Source of the DNA: Thermoanaerobaculia bacterium
Lineage (GTDB): Bacteria; Acidobacteriota; Thermoanaerobaculia; UBA5066; Gp7-AA6
Assembly (NCBI GenBank): GCA_038239305.1
Contig: JBBSEW010000014.1
Location: 629 to 64,628 of the forward strand
Length of the DNA stretch: 64,000 bases
Direction of reading: 5' to 3'
In this document: one piece after another, positions 1-8,409 of the stretch
Position numbering within the stretch: the first letter of the stretch is position 1
Layout: each line of letters starts with the position of its first letter
Made by a program: the position numbers and the translations under genes
Notes under the pieces: model-generated
The model's database searches: none
What the model was told of the DNA's origin: nothing
The model's input: only the letters and a program-made list of their open reading frames with translations

Positions 1-1
1 T

Positions 2-2026
2 CTCCTGCCCCTCTATCGCCACTACGGGCTCAATCCGACCGACAAGAACGGGGAGCAGTCTCTCAGTTGTCCGTTCCACGAAGACAAGCGCCCGTCGCTG
101 TCGCTCAATTCTTCAACTGGGCTCTGGCGATGTCACGCCTGTGACGTCGGCGGCGATCTGGTTGACTTTGTGGCGAAGCGTCTATCGCTCTCGAAGCCCG
201 ACGCCATCCATCAGATGCGGCGGGATCTCGGACTGGAACGTCTGACACCCCGAGGCGAATCTGGAGTCGCTCCGCAGGGAGGAGCAGACGAGGCGGTTTA
301 TCCGTACACGGACGAGAGTGGAGAAGTTCTCTTCGAGGTTGTTCGACGGACGGGGAAGCGGTTCTTCCAGCGTAAGGCTGACGGGACGTGGGACCTGCAA
401 GGGGTGCGGCGGGTCCTCTACCGTCTCCCGGAACTTCTGAAGGCGCCAGCGGACGAAACGGTCTACCTCTGCGAGGGGGAGAGAGACGCCGAGACGCTCG
501 CCGCGCTGGGACTAGTTGCGACGACTAACAGCGGCGGGGCAGCCGGATGGCGTGATGAGTACGCTGAGGGCCTCCGAGGACGAAACGTTGTCGTGCTGGA
601 GGACAACGACCAGGCGGGTAGAGACCGAACGGCGACGCTCGTTCGCTCTCTGTTGCCGACCAAGGGAAATCGAATCGCATCTTCGGTGCGTGTAGTCGGA
701 TTCTCGGAGCTACCAGAAAAATCGGACGTTTCCGACTGGGTCTCAGCGCAGCGGGCAGCCGGGAAGACCGAGCTTGAAGTCTTGACGGCGTTGGCGGAGC
801 GGGTTGGGGCTTCTCTCGAGAGTCAAGCGGAGCAGCCCGCGCGTGTCTCGCAGACCCTCACGCAATGGATGGCGCACCCCGTTCCCGAGACGCAATGGTT
901 GGTCGAGGACCTGATCCCGGAACACGGAATCATCGGCTTGATCGCGAAGCCGAAGACGGGAAAGACATTCTTTGCGCTTCAGATTGCGCTTTGTATAGCG
1001 GCGGGAGTTCCGTTGCTCGGGATGCCAACCGTCAGGTCGAGGGTCTTGTACGTTGACGAAGAGACCGGCCGGGCGACGATGCAAGAGCGGCTGACGAAGA
1101 TGCTGGAGGATGAACGCTTCCAAGGTCATGAAACCGCAGGGAATCTCAATATCGCAACCTGGGGCGGGTTTAGCCTGGCGGACCCTGAACGGCTCCGCGC
1201 TGAGATCGAAGCAACCGGCGCACAGATCGTGATTTTGGACTCGTTCAGACGCCTGTTTCCCGGTGAGGAAAATGACTCGAAAGAGGTCTCCGCCGCGTTC
1301 GGCGTGCTGGCCAGAATGCGAGCGGACCTCGGGTGCGCGTTCCTCTTCATCCACCACAGCCGGAAGAACGTCGAAGGCACGGACTGGTCTGACGCGGCCC
1401 GGGGGTCGGGAGACTTCTTGGCGGCCTCTGACGGGATGATTGGACTTACTCGGCGAGGGGATGGAGTGACAACTCTCAAGACCCTCATGCGGGGGACTCC
1501 TCAAGGCTTGCCCATGACAATCGCCCTGAACCCGGACACCCTCCTTCTAGAGATCTCAAGCGCCGAGGATCGCCAGACGGCGGACCTAGAAGAAATCCTT
1601 CTGCAATTCCCGGAAAAGAGTCTGCCGCTGAAGACCGTCCGGGAGATGCTCCGAGACAAGTTCGGGATGGGCTCGAGGCGTGTTAAGAGAACGTTGGCGG
1701 ACGAGAATCTACCGATAGGAGTAGGAAAGAGACAGATCGAGGGCGCAGACAAGAACCAGAAAGAGCTTTACCTGACGAGCCGGGCGCCTGAGGGGGAGAT
1801 GGGTCAGTTAGTTCGGACCCCAGTTGGTCCCAGTTTTCCCCCGGTACCAACTGGAAAACCGTTATCAGGGCAGTTAGTACCCCCCCTCCCAACCCCCGGA
1901 GGGGTACTGACTGACCTAACTGACCCCATCGCGGCCTCTCAGATGCCCGGTCAGCCTTTCCGCTCGCCTGCAACAAGCGCCGACCCTGCGATCAGGGCTG
2001 CTTGGGCCGAGATGCTATACAACTAG
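2..2026 (+). CDS. Primase-helicase: CHC2 zinc finger + TOPRIM + AAA_25/RepA-like helicase (5' end outside window)
   Basis: Frame is open from base 2, upstream of the track's GTG at 170: CPFHEDKRPS...WRCHAC zinc finger; TOPRIM LCEGERDA and EDNDQAG; Walker A AKPKTGKT; Walker B IVILDSF; IHHSRK and ARGSGDF motifs. Confidence 0.9.
   Translation, partial: LLPLYRHYGLNPTDKNGEQSLSCPFHEDKRPSLSLNSSTGLWRCHACDVGGDLVDFVAKRLSLSKPDAIHQMRRDLGLERLTPRGESGVAPQGGADEAVYPYTDESGEVLFEVVRRTGKRFFQRKADGTWDLQGVRRVLYRLPELLKAPADETVYLCEGERDAETLAALGLVATTNSGGAAGWRDEYAEGLRGRNVVVLEDNDQAGRDRTATLVRSLLPTKGNRIASSVRVVGFSELPEKSDVSDWVSAQRAAGKTELEVLTALAERVGASLESQAEQPARVSQTLTQWMAHPVPETQWLVEDLIPEHGIIGLIAKPKTGKTFFALQIALCIAAGVPLLGMPTVRSRVLYVDEETGRATMQERLTKMLEDERFQGHETAGNLNIATWGGFSLADPERLRAEIEATGAQIVILDSFRRLFPGEENDSKEVSAAFGVLARMRADLGCAFLFIHHSRKNVEGTDWSDAARGSGDFLAASDGMIGLTRRGDGVTTLKTLMRGTPQGLPMTIALNPDTLLLEISSAEDRQTADLEEILLQFPEKSLPLKTVREMLRDKFGMGSRRVKRTLADENLPIGVGKRQIEGADKNQKELYLTSRAPEGEMGQLVRTPVGPSFPPVPTGKPLSGQLVPPLPTPGGVLTDLTDPIAASQMPGQPFRSPATSADPAIRAAWAEMLYN
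1801..1926. repeat. Iteron-like nested direct/inverted repeat array, candidate replication origin of the element
   Basis: GGGTCAGTTAG (1801) / CTAACTGACCC (1916) perfect inverted repeat; CAGTT at 1805, 1821, 1831, 1871; AACTG at 1849, 1918; AGTTAGTACCCC...GGGGTACTGACT hairpin. Confidence 0.55.
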
Positions 2027-2224
2027 GACCCCTATCCCGGGCAGCTAGGGCGTGGGGGTATGCCCGTGTCTCCGCCGGAACTCACCCGCCCATGCCTTGA
2101 ACCGCCGCCCGCCCTGCCCTTGCTCCTGCCAATGCTCCCGGCCGTCTCTGGGAACCCCGCCAGGGTCGGCTTACTTCAACCTTAGGGCCATCCGTGCCAG
2201 GCCCTCCAACCGAGGCCAGACCAA

Positions 2225-2578
2225 ATGAGTAATGTCTTGACGTTCCCTGTAGCCAACCCCCGTGCAAACCCGATCGGGCTCTCCGATCTAGACGCAGTGA
2301 TCGCCAGCGCGGCCCCAGAGAGCCTTCCGGCTCTAGTGGGCGAGCTTGCCAGGCTCCAAGCTCTCGCGCTTCTCCGTTGCCACTCTCCGCGACAGGAGGC
2401 GGGAGCTGAAGACAAGCTCCTGAAGGTCGAGGAAGCGGCCGGACTGCTCGGCCTGTCGACGGACGCCCTGTATCGGCGTTCGGCCAAGCTCCCGTTCACG
2501 GTGCGGCTCGGTCCGGCGACCGTCAGATTCTCAGAATCGGGTATCCGGAAATTCATCCGAGCCCGAGAGGGGAGGTGA
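2225..2578 (+). CDS. AlpA/excisionase-family helix-turn-helix protein
   Basis: LLKVEEAAGLLGLSTDALYR...PFTVRLGPATVRFSESGIRKFI is a typical winged-HTH Xis/AlpA pattern; mobile-element context. Confidence 0.8.
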   Translation: MSNVLTFPVANPRANPIGLSDLDAVIASAAPESLPALVGELARLQALALLRCHSPRQEAGAEDKLLKVEEAAGLLGLSTDALYRRSAKLPFTVRLGPATVRFSESGIRKFIRAREGR

Positions 2579-2689
2579 GGAGGCGAACCCTCCATCACAG
2601 TTCCGTCACGTGGGGGCGTAAGTAGCGCGTTTTCAGTAGTCAAATTTGAATCATTAGCTTGGACAGGTAAGAGCGAAAGGAAGGAAGCC

Positions 2690-3049
2690 ATGGAAGATTC
2701 GCAGCCCGGTTGGTCTTGGTTTGCGAGGATTGGCATAGTCAACGTCGAGGGACTGACTTGTCCGGTGCCGGTCTGCTCGGTTTGCGAGAGGTTAATCGAT
2801 GGGGGCAGCGGGTTAGCTTGGTGGCCTGACGGGAAAAACCCCGAAGTCACATTCCTTCACCAGGGAGAGTGTTCCCTCCGTTTTCAGCGAGTGAATGGAT
2901 CGAGAAACACTCGGATGTTGCGGGACCTGCTAAAGCAAATTCTGGCCAACCACGCCGACAACTACGTGCGCGGCGCTACTCTGGAAATCATTGCTCCGAC
3001 GCAAAGCTCCCCGGCAGAATCTTCGCCTGCCGCTCATCTGGACGGGTGA
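2690..3049 (+). CDS. Hypothetical protein, possible zinc-binding (CSVC...HQGEC)
   Basis: RBS-like AAGGAAG before ATG; CxxC plus HxxxC. Confidence 0.55.
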   Translation: MEDSQPGWSWFARIGIVNVEGLTCPVPVCSVCERLIDGGSGLAWWPDGKNPEVTFLHQGECSLRFQRVNGSRNTRMLRDLLKQILANHADNYVRGATLEIIAPTQSSPAESSPAAHLDG

Positions 3050-3368
3050 AGAGCTTTACGCGGCTTCTCCGGAGCAGCTAACGAGCTGACGAGTCCGGGT
3101 TGGCGAGTCGGCGCACCCCTAACACCGAAGCCCTCGGCTCCTCCTCCCCCTATGGTTACCCTTTTGGAGCCTCATACCCGGTGGGAGTGGAATTCGTTCC
3201 ATGCACACATGCATGCGTGTGTGGCGAAGTTAGCCGGTTGTGCCCGACCTCGGACCGGTCCCAACGGATCCTATGTCTAGGGGGCCGGGCGCGTCTTCGG
3301 ATTTGAGGCTATGGGTCCTTCCGGGGCCTAGCCCACCGGGGTTAGTAGTAGGAAAGGTGCAATGAAAA

Positions 3369-4115
3369 ATGACTTCATCGCTCGATCTTCTCGCTCTCTA
3401 CATGGATGAGATTCGGCGCAGTCCTCGCCTGACGCAAGACGACGAGTCGCGCCTAGCCCGTCTGGTTCGTGAAGGCGGAGAGAAAGGCGAGGCCGCTCGG
3501 AACGAGTTGATAAAGGGAAATCTTCGTCTCGTCGTCCATCTTGCGGGGCGTCTTACTGGGACTGCTCCGCTTCTCGATCTGATCCAAGCTGGAAACCTCG
3601 GGCTTATACATGCGGCCTCCAACTTCGATCCTGAGCGCGGGAAGCCGTTCGCGGGGTACGCGGCCCGATGCGTTCGGGGAACGATGCTCAGATCGCTGAG
3701 ACGGAGGGCGAATGCTCCGCCTCCCGACCGAACGCTTTCCCTCGATCAGCCGATCGACCGAGAAGGAATTAACGCCCTAACCCTGCTCGACGTGATCCCG
3801 GACGCGAGGGCTCCCGACCCTGAGGCCGACGCTCGTATCTCCGAGAAGCGCGAAGCGATCCAACGCGGGTTCGACGTCCTTTCTTCGCGGCAGCGTGAAG
3901 TCCTGTCCCTACGTTTCGGGCTCGACGGTGAAGGGGAGCGATCACACGAGGAGATCGGACAGGCGCTTGGCATGAGCAGGCAAGGGGTTTACCTGTCCGA
4001 ACGCTCTGCGCTCAGGAAGCTCAGACTGCGGCTCGCTGCCCTCGATATTCGGACGGGCTCCGAGGATGAGGGGCCCGTCCGCTCCGAGTCGGCCACCGGT
4101 TCCAAGGTCGCCTGA
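3369..4115 (+). CDS. Sigma-70 family RNA polymerase sigma factor (regions 1.2, 2, short 3, 4)
   Basis: LYMDEIRRSPRLT (1.2); NLRLVV, DLIQAGNLGL, FDPERG (region 2); LSSRQREVLSLRFGL...EEIGQALGMSRQGV...ALRKLR (region 4). Confidence 0.9.
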   Translation: MTSSLDLLALYMDEIRRSPRLTQDDESRLARLVREGGEKGEAARNELIKGNLRLVVHLAGRLTGTAPLLDLIQAGNLGLIHAASNFDPERGKPFAGYAARCVRGTMLRSLRRRANAPPPDRTLSLDQPIDREGINALTLLDVIPDARAPDPEADARISEKREAIQRGFDVLSSRQREVLSLRFGLDGEGERSHEEIGQALGMSRQGVYLSERSALRKLRLRLAALDIRTGSEDEGPVRSESATGSKVA

Positions 4116-4244
4116 ACCGATGGCGCGCTTACCTGAGCCAAAACGAGATGAGCCCTGCGAAAATTAGCCCGGCCAAGATGATCCCGGCGCACGCCCAAAC
4201 CCACAGGCGCCAGAGATGTCGTTTGATCCATCCCGAAACGGTCG

Positions 4245-4274
4245 TTGACATTGGCGGACATTGTAAACTAATAT
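4245..4274 (+). promoter_or_regulatory. Sigma-70 promoter for the rhh-int operon with overlapping direct repeats (possible RHH operator)
   Basis: TTGACA(4245)-N18-TAATAT(4269); GACATTG repeated at 4247 and 4257, 10 bp apart. Confidence 0.55.
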
Positions 4275-4287
4275 TTGGGTTAGCGAT

Positions 4288-4470
4288 ATGAAAAAGCCGA
4301 GTCGCCGTCGATCTCCCGTTGTTCAGGTACTTCTGGATGAGGCTCTCCTGGCGAGGGTTGAGAAGGCCGCAGAGCGGGACGGGCGAACACTGAGCAACTG
4401 GGGACGGCAAGCCTTCGTTGAGAAGCTGGAATCGGATTCCGTTCGCACGGAGAAGGGGGACAAGAAGTGA
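4288..4470 (+). CDS. Ribbon-helix-helix (CopG/Arc-like) DNA-binding protein
   Basis: VVQVLLDEALLARVEKAAERDGRTLSNWGRQAF strand-helix-helix pattern; GTGA overlap with integrase start. Confidence 0.75.
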   Translation: MKKPSRRRSPVVQVLLDEALLARVEKAAERDGRTLSNWGRQAFVEKLESDSVRTEKGDKK

Positions 4471-5585
4471 AGGGTGACGGCACGGTCTACCGGAGGGGCG
4501 CCATATTCTGGATCGCCTACTGGCGAGGCGGAAAGCAGTATCGCGAGAGCGCGGGTACCGAAGCGCAAGCTAAGAAGCTTCTGAGGCGGAGACAGGCGGA
4601 GATCCAGTCGGATCGGTTCGTGGGACCCACTGAAGAACGGGTGACGATCGGGCAGCTACTGGACGCGCTGGTTGTTCACGCGCAGACGAACGAGGACCGC
4701 TCCATCCGTACCATGGCGAGTCAGATCAAACCCGTTCGCGCCTTCTTTGGGGATCTCCGTGCCATCGGTCTGACGGCTGCCCACGTCGAGCGATACCAGA
4801 AGGGGCGCCTAGACGATGAGATGGCCAACGGGACGATCAACCGGGAAATCGGAATCCTGCGGCGATCCCTCCATCTCGCGGAGCGTCAGGGCAGACTCAA
4901 TCGCGTTCCGTACATTCCGATGCTTCCCGAGCGCAACGTCAGGCAGGGTTTTTTTGAGGCCGATGAGTTTGCGTCGGTGCTCAGGCATCTGCCGAACGCG
5001 ATCGCAGACGCTGCTTCTTTTGCCTACAAGACCGGTTGGAGAAAGGGCGAAGTGGTCTCGCTGCGATGGGAACAGGTTGACAGGAATGCCCGCGAAGTCC
5101 GATTGCCCATGACGAAGAACGGACGGCCGCGATCGCTCCCGCTTGAGGGTGAGCTGTGGGACCTTATCGAGGCCCGATGGGAAGCCAGGGACTACCTTAC
5201 GCCTGCCGGAACCTCCGCTCTCTCGGAATTCGTTTTCCACCGGGCGGGGAAGCCCTTGGGAGACTTCCGAAAGGCGTGGCAGGCCGCCTGTGTCACGGCG
5301 GGTGTTGGACGCTATCTCCGCGACGGGGACGGGAAAATCGTCGGATATGAGGGCAAGCTCTTCCATGACTTCCGCAGAACTGCTGCCCGGAACCTGATCC
5401 GTTCGGGGGTCTCGGAGACCGTCGCCATGTCGATTACCGGCCACCTCACGCGCTCGATGTTCGACCGCTACAACGTCACGTCCGAAGAGGACAAGCGGGA
5501 CGCGCTTAGGAAGACCGAAGCTCGCCGGAACGCTTCGAGCGGGAACGTCGTTTCTCTGGACCGTCACAGAACCGTCACGAAATGA
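4467..5585 (+). CDS. int: Tyrosine recombinase / phage integrase
   Basis: Catalytic residues R (TGWRKGE), K (TKNG), HxxR (HDFRR), H (GHLT), Y (DRYN); N-terminal arm-binding-like region. Confidence 0.95.
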   Translation: MKGDGTVYRRGAIFWIAYWRGGKQYRESAGTEAQAKKLLRRRQAEIQSDRFVGPTEERVTIGQLLDALVVHAQTNEDRSIRTMASQIKPVRAFFGDLRAIGLTAAHVERYQKGRLDDEMANGTINREIGILRRSLHLAERQGRLNRVPYIPMLPERNVRQGFFEADEFASVLRHLPNAIADAASFAYKTGWRKGEVVSLRWEQVDRNAREVRLPMTKNGRPRSLPLEGELWDLIEARWEARDYLTPAGTSALSEFVFHRAGKPLGDFRKAWQAACVTAGVGRYLRDGDGKIVGYEGKLFHDFRRTAARNLIRSGVSETVAMSITGHLTRSMFDRYNVTSEEDKRDALRKTEARRNASSGNVVSLDRHRTVTK

Positions 5586-5627
5586 CGGAAGCACCGAAGT
5601 CCGCCGCAGCTAAGTTGTTGAAGAAAA

Positions 5628-5705
5628 TGGTGCGCCCGGAGCGATTCGAACGCTCGACCTTTAGCTCCGGAGGCTAACGCTCTATCCGGACTGAGCTACG
5701 GGCGC
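5628..5705 (-). tRNA. tRNA-Arg (anticodon CCG)
   Basis: Reverse complement GCGCCCG...TTAGC-CT-CCG-GA-GCTAA...TTCGAAT...CGGGCGC-A-CCA folds as a cloverleaf. Confidence 0.95.
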
Positions 5706-5727
5706 ATGAAAGACCGTCGAAACTTCT

Positions 5728-5805
5728 TGGGGTGAGTGGAGGGGTTCGAACCCTCGACATCCAGATCCACAGTCTGGCGCTCTAACCAGCTGAGCTACAC
5801 CCACC
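5728..5805 (-). tRNA. tRNA-His (anticodon GTG), with G-1
   Basis: G-GTGGGTG...CCAGA-CT-GTG-GA-TCTGG...TTCGAAC...CACTCAC-C-CCA. Confidence 0.95.
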
Positions 5806-5888
5806 GTCGGGCCGGGCAGTTTACCAGAGGGCCCGAAATCCGGAAATCGGGCAAAACGGGGGTCCCGCGGGTTGGTTTAGCCTTGCCC

Positions 5889-7967
5889 ATGCCCACCCTG
5901 AGCCGTCTTCCGGCGCTACGGCGGCGTGTCCCTCTCCTCGCGCTCGCGTTCGCCGCGGCCGGCGTCGCATCGCTGGCTCCGGGTTGCCGCGCGGAGAAGG
6001 GCGGCGCCGGCGCGGGAGCGATTTCCGCGAGGCCGACCCAAGCGCAAGCTCAAGCGCGGGCCGGGGCTCCGGGATCCTCCTCCACGGGCACAGGCGACGG
6101 CGATGTGCCCCGGACGCCCCGCGCCCCCGGAGGCCAGCGGCCGGTCATCTGGATCGGCCTCGACGGCCTCGACTGGGAGCTTCTCGACCGGTTCGCGGCG
6201 GACGGGACCATGCCGAACTGGAAGCGGCTCACGTCCGAGGGAGCGACCGCGCGGCTGCGCAGCTTCATTCCGATCCTTTCGCCGATCCTCTGGACTACCG
6301 CAGCGACCGGCGTCTCCCCGGACGTCCATCGCGTCCTCGACTTCCAGGAGACGGATCCAAAAACCGGAGCGAAGGTGCCGATCTCAGGGCTTTCCCGAGC
6401 GATTCCCGCGGTCTGGAACGTCGCGTCGGCGGCGGGAAGGAAGGTCGGCGTCGTCGGCTGGTGGGCGACACATCCCGCGGAAGAGGTCCACGGGTTCTTC
6501 ATCTCTGATCACGCGAGCCCGATCCTGTTCGACCGCCTGCCGCTTTCGGGAGCCGCGTACCCGCCGGCCCTGGAATCCGGAATCGCCCGGGTGATCGCCC
6601 GTGACGGGCAGGTGTCGGATGCCGATCTCGCGGCGCTCGTCGCGGTATCGCCGGCCGAGATCGCGCAGGCGCGCCGGAGCGGCGCCGGGCTCGAGAACCG
6701 GATCATCGCACTCGCACGGATCCTCTCGGCCACACGCGTGTCCCACTGGATCGCCCGCGATTTGTACGACCGCGAGCACCCGGATCTCCTCGCGCTCTAC
6801 CTCGAGGGGACGGACGAGGTCGGGCACGTCTTCGCAGCCGCAACGCCTCCGAAGCTGCCGTGCGCCTCCGAAGCCGACGTCGAGAAATACGGCCGCGTCG
6901 TCCCGGGCTACTACGCGGAGATCGACCGCCTGCTCGGGCAGTGGATGAAGCGCGCGCAGGAGGATGGCGCGACGCTTCTCGTGCACTCCGACCACGGGTT
7001 CAAGTGGGGCGACGACCGCCCCTGCGGGCTCGAATCGGGAAACTGGAGCACCGCCGCCTTCTGGCACCGGCTGGACGGAGTCTTCGCCGCGTGGGGGGCT
7101 CGGGTCCGCTCCGGCGGCCCCCGCGGAGACGTGCGCATCTTCGACGTCGCTCCGACGATCCTGTCCCTGCTCGACCTGCCGCCCGACCGTCGCATGCCCG
7201 GCAAGCCGGCAGCGTTCGCGTTTCGCGACGTGGCGGCGCGTCCTCCCGCAGACGACTTCGCGGGAGTCGACGTCCGACACGTCTCGGCGGAGCCGATGTC
7301 TCCGCAGGAGGCGAGCGAATACTCGAAGAAGCTTCTCGCGCTCGGTTACCTGACGGGGAGCGAAACGCGTCCGCTCGCGCCGTCGGGCGGAAATCGGCCC
7401 GGGATGACGGAAGGCGCCTGGAACAACCTCGGCCTCTACCGGCGCGATTCGGAGAACGATCCGAAGGGCGCGAAGGCGGCTTTCGAGAAGTCGCTCGCGC
7501 TGCGGCCCGACTACTACTCGCCCATGTACAACCTCGCGGTTTCGGCCCGCATGCAGGGAAAGACCAAGGAAGCGGAGGACTGGCTCTTCCGGTCGCTCGC
7601 CGCGCTGCCATCCGATCCGGCGCAGGCCATCGCCGGCTGGGCGCGCGAGTACGAAAAGGGCGGCAAAGCCGCCGCCGCTGCTTCGCTGCTGAACCGCGCG
7701 GCCGGCGCGTATCCGCGTAACGAGGTCGTACAGCGCGAGCTCGCGATGCTGCGCTATCGCTCGCACGACTGTCCGGGAGCCGCGCGGGCGCTCTCGCCGT
7801 TCGATGCGGCGACGAAGGATCCGCACACGCTGAACGAATTGGCCCTCTTCGCGACCTGCCGCGGAGATCGAGAAGCCGTCCTGGGCCTTCTCCGGCGCTC
7901 GCTCGCGCTCGAACCGGCCCAGCCGGAGATCAGCCGCATGCTCTCGGTGGTCGAAGCGGCGCGCTGA
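5889..7967 (+). CDS. Alkaline phosphatase-superfamily (nucleotide pyrophosphatase/phosphodiesterase-like) exported protein with C-terminal TPRs
   Basis: IGLDGLDW, LSPILWTTAATG, TDEVGH, HSDHGF, DVAPTIL, LLALGY motifs; TPR helices (AWNNLG, MYNLA); start moved to ATG 5889 because the track start lies inside tRNA-His. Confidence 0.8.
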   Translation: MPTLSRLPALRRRVPLLALAFAAAGVASLAPGCRAEKGGAGAGAISARPTQAQAQARAGAPGSSSTGTGDGDVPRTPRAPGGQRPVIWIGLDGLDWELLDRFAADGTMPNWKRLTSEGATARLRSFIPILSPILWTTAATGVSPDVHRVLDFQETDPKTGAKVPISGLSRAIPAVWNVASAAGRKVGVVGWWATHPAEEVHGFFISDHASPILFDRLPLSGAAYPPALESGIARVIARDGQVSDADLAALVAVSPAEIAQARRSGAGLENRIIALARILSATRVSHWIARDLYDREHPDLLALYLEGTDEVGHVFAAATPPKLPCASEADVEKYGRVVPGYYAEIDRLLGQWMKRAQEDGATLLVHSDHGFKWGDDRPCGLESGNWSTAAFWHRLDGVFAAWGARVRSGGPRGDVRIFDVAPTILSLLDLPPDRRMPGKPAAFAFRDVAARPPADDFAGVDVRHVSAEPMSPQEASEYSKKLLALGYLTGSETRPLAPSGGNRPGMTEGAWNNLGLYRRDSENDPKGAKAAFEKSLALRPDYYSPMYNLAVSARMQGKTKEAEDWLFRSLAALPSDPAQAIAGWAREYEKGGKAAAAASLLNRAAGAYPRNEVVQRELAMLRYRSHDCPGAARALSPFDAATKDPHTLNELALFATCRGDREAVLGLLRRSLALEPAQPEISRMLSVVEAAR

Positions 7968-7977
7968 GACACCGCCG

Positions 7978-8011
7978 AAAAAGAAAAGCCGGGAGCGTCG
8001 TGCTCCCGGCT
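7978..8011 (-). terminator. Intrinsic terminator downstream of the orphan receptor fragment
   Basis: AGCCGGGAGC-loop-GCTCCCGGCT stem followed by a T-tract on the minus strand. Confidence 0.7.
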
Positions 8012-8032
8012 GATCGTGAAAATGGCGGAGAG

Positions 8033-8278
8033 CTAGTACGACACGATCGCGGAAACGATGACGCGACGCGGAGGAGCGTACGAGGTCGCTTTCCCGAAAT
8101 TTGCGTTCAGGTTTCCCGGAGCGACGCCCGCAATCGAGAGACACGGAGTGGAATTACAGTAATCCTGATTCACGGAAAGCGCCGGCTGGGTGTTGAAGAC
8201 GTTCAGAACTCGCCCTTCGAACCGGATATTGGCCGGCCCGATCGGGACGTTCCGTGCGACCAGGAGATCGAAATTGGT
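8033..8278 (-). pseudogene. Orphan C-terminal fragment of a third TonB-dependent receptor paralog
   Basis: Translates TNFDLLVARNVPIGPANIRFEGRVLNVFNTQPALSVNQDYCNSTPCLSIAGVAPGNLNANFGKATSYAPPRRVIVSAIVSY*, collinear with the C-termini of both neighbouring receptors; no start codon or homology upstream. Confidence 0.85.
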
Positions 8279-8355
8279 TGTGACGAGCTGCGCCTGGATT
8301 TTACGCGGACCGCCGTCAACCCGTCTGGCAATCGCGCGCCCAAGACAGACTTCCC

Positions 8356-8388
8356 AAAAAAAAACCGGAGGCTCGGGCCCCCGGTTTT
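8356..8388 (-). terminator. Intrinsic terminator of TonB-dependent receptor 1
   Basis: AAAACCGGGGGC-loop-GCCTCCGG followed by T9 on the minus strand. Confidence 0.75.
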
Positions 8389-8409
8389 CGCAGCGAACGA
8401 CGAGCGAAT

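Larger units (their letters stand above)
1..5627. mobile_element. Integrative element (phage-satellite/PICI-like) inserted at the 3' end of tRNA-Arg(CCG); continues off the left edge
   Basis: Primase-helicase, AlpA/Xis, RHH and tyrosine integrase genes; integrase ends 42 bp from the tRNA CCA end; codon usage visibly less GC-skewed than host genes; the other att site is not in the window. Confidence 0.85.

Noticed and set aside
5736-5888. N-terminal extension of the 743-aa ORF
   Set aside because: It is antisense to tRNA-His; the signal-peptide-like sequence starts at ATG 5889
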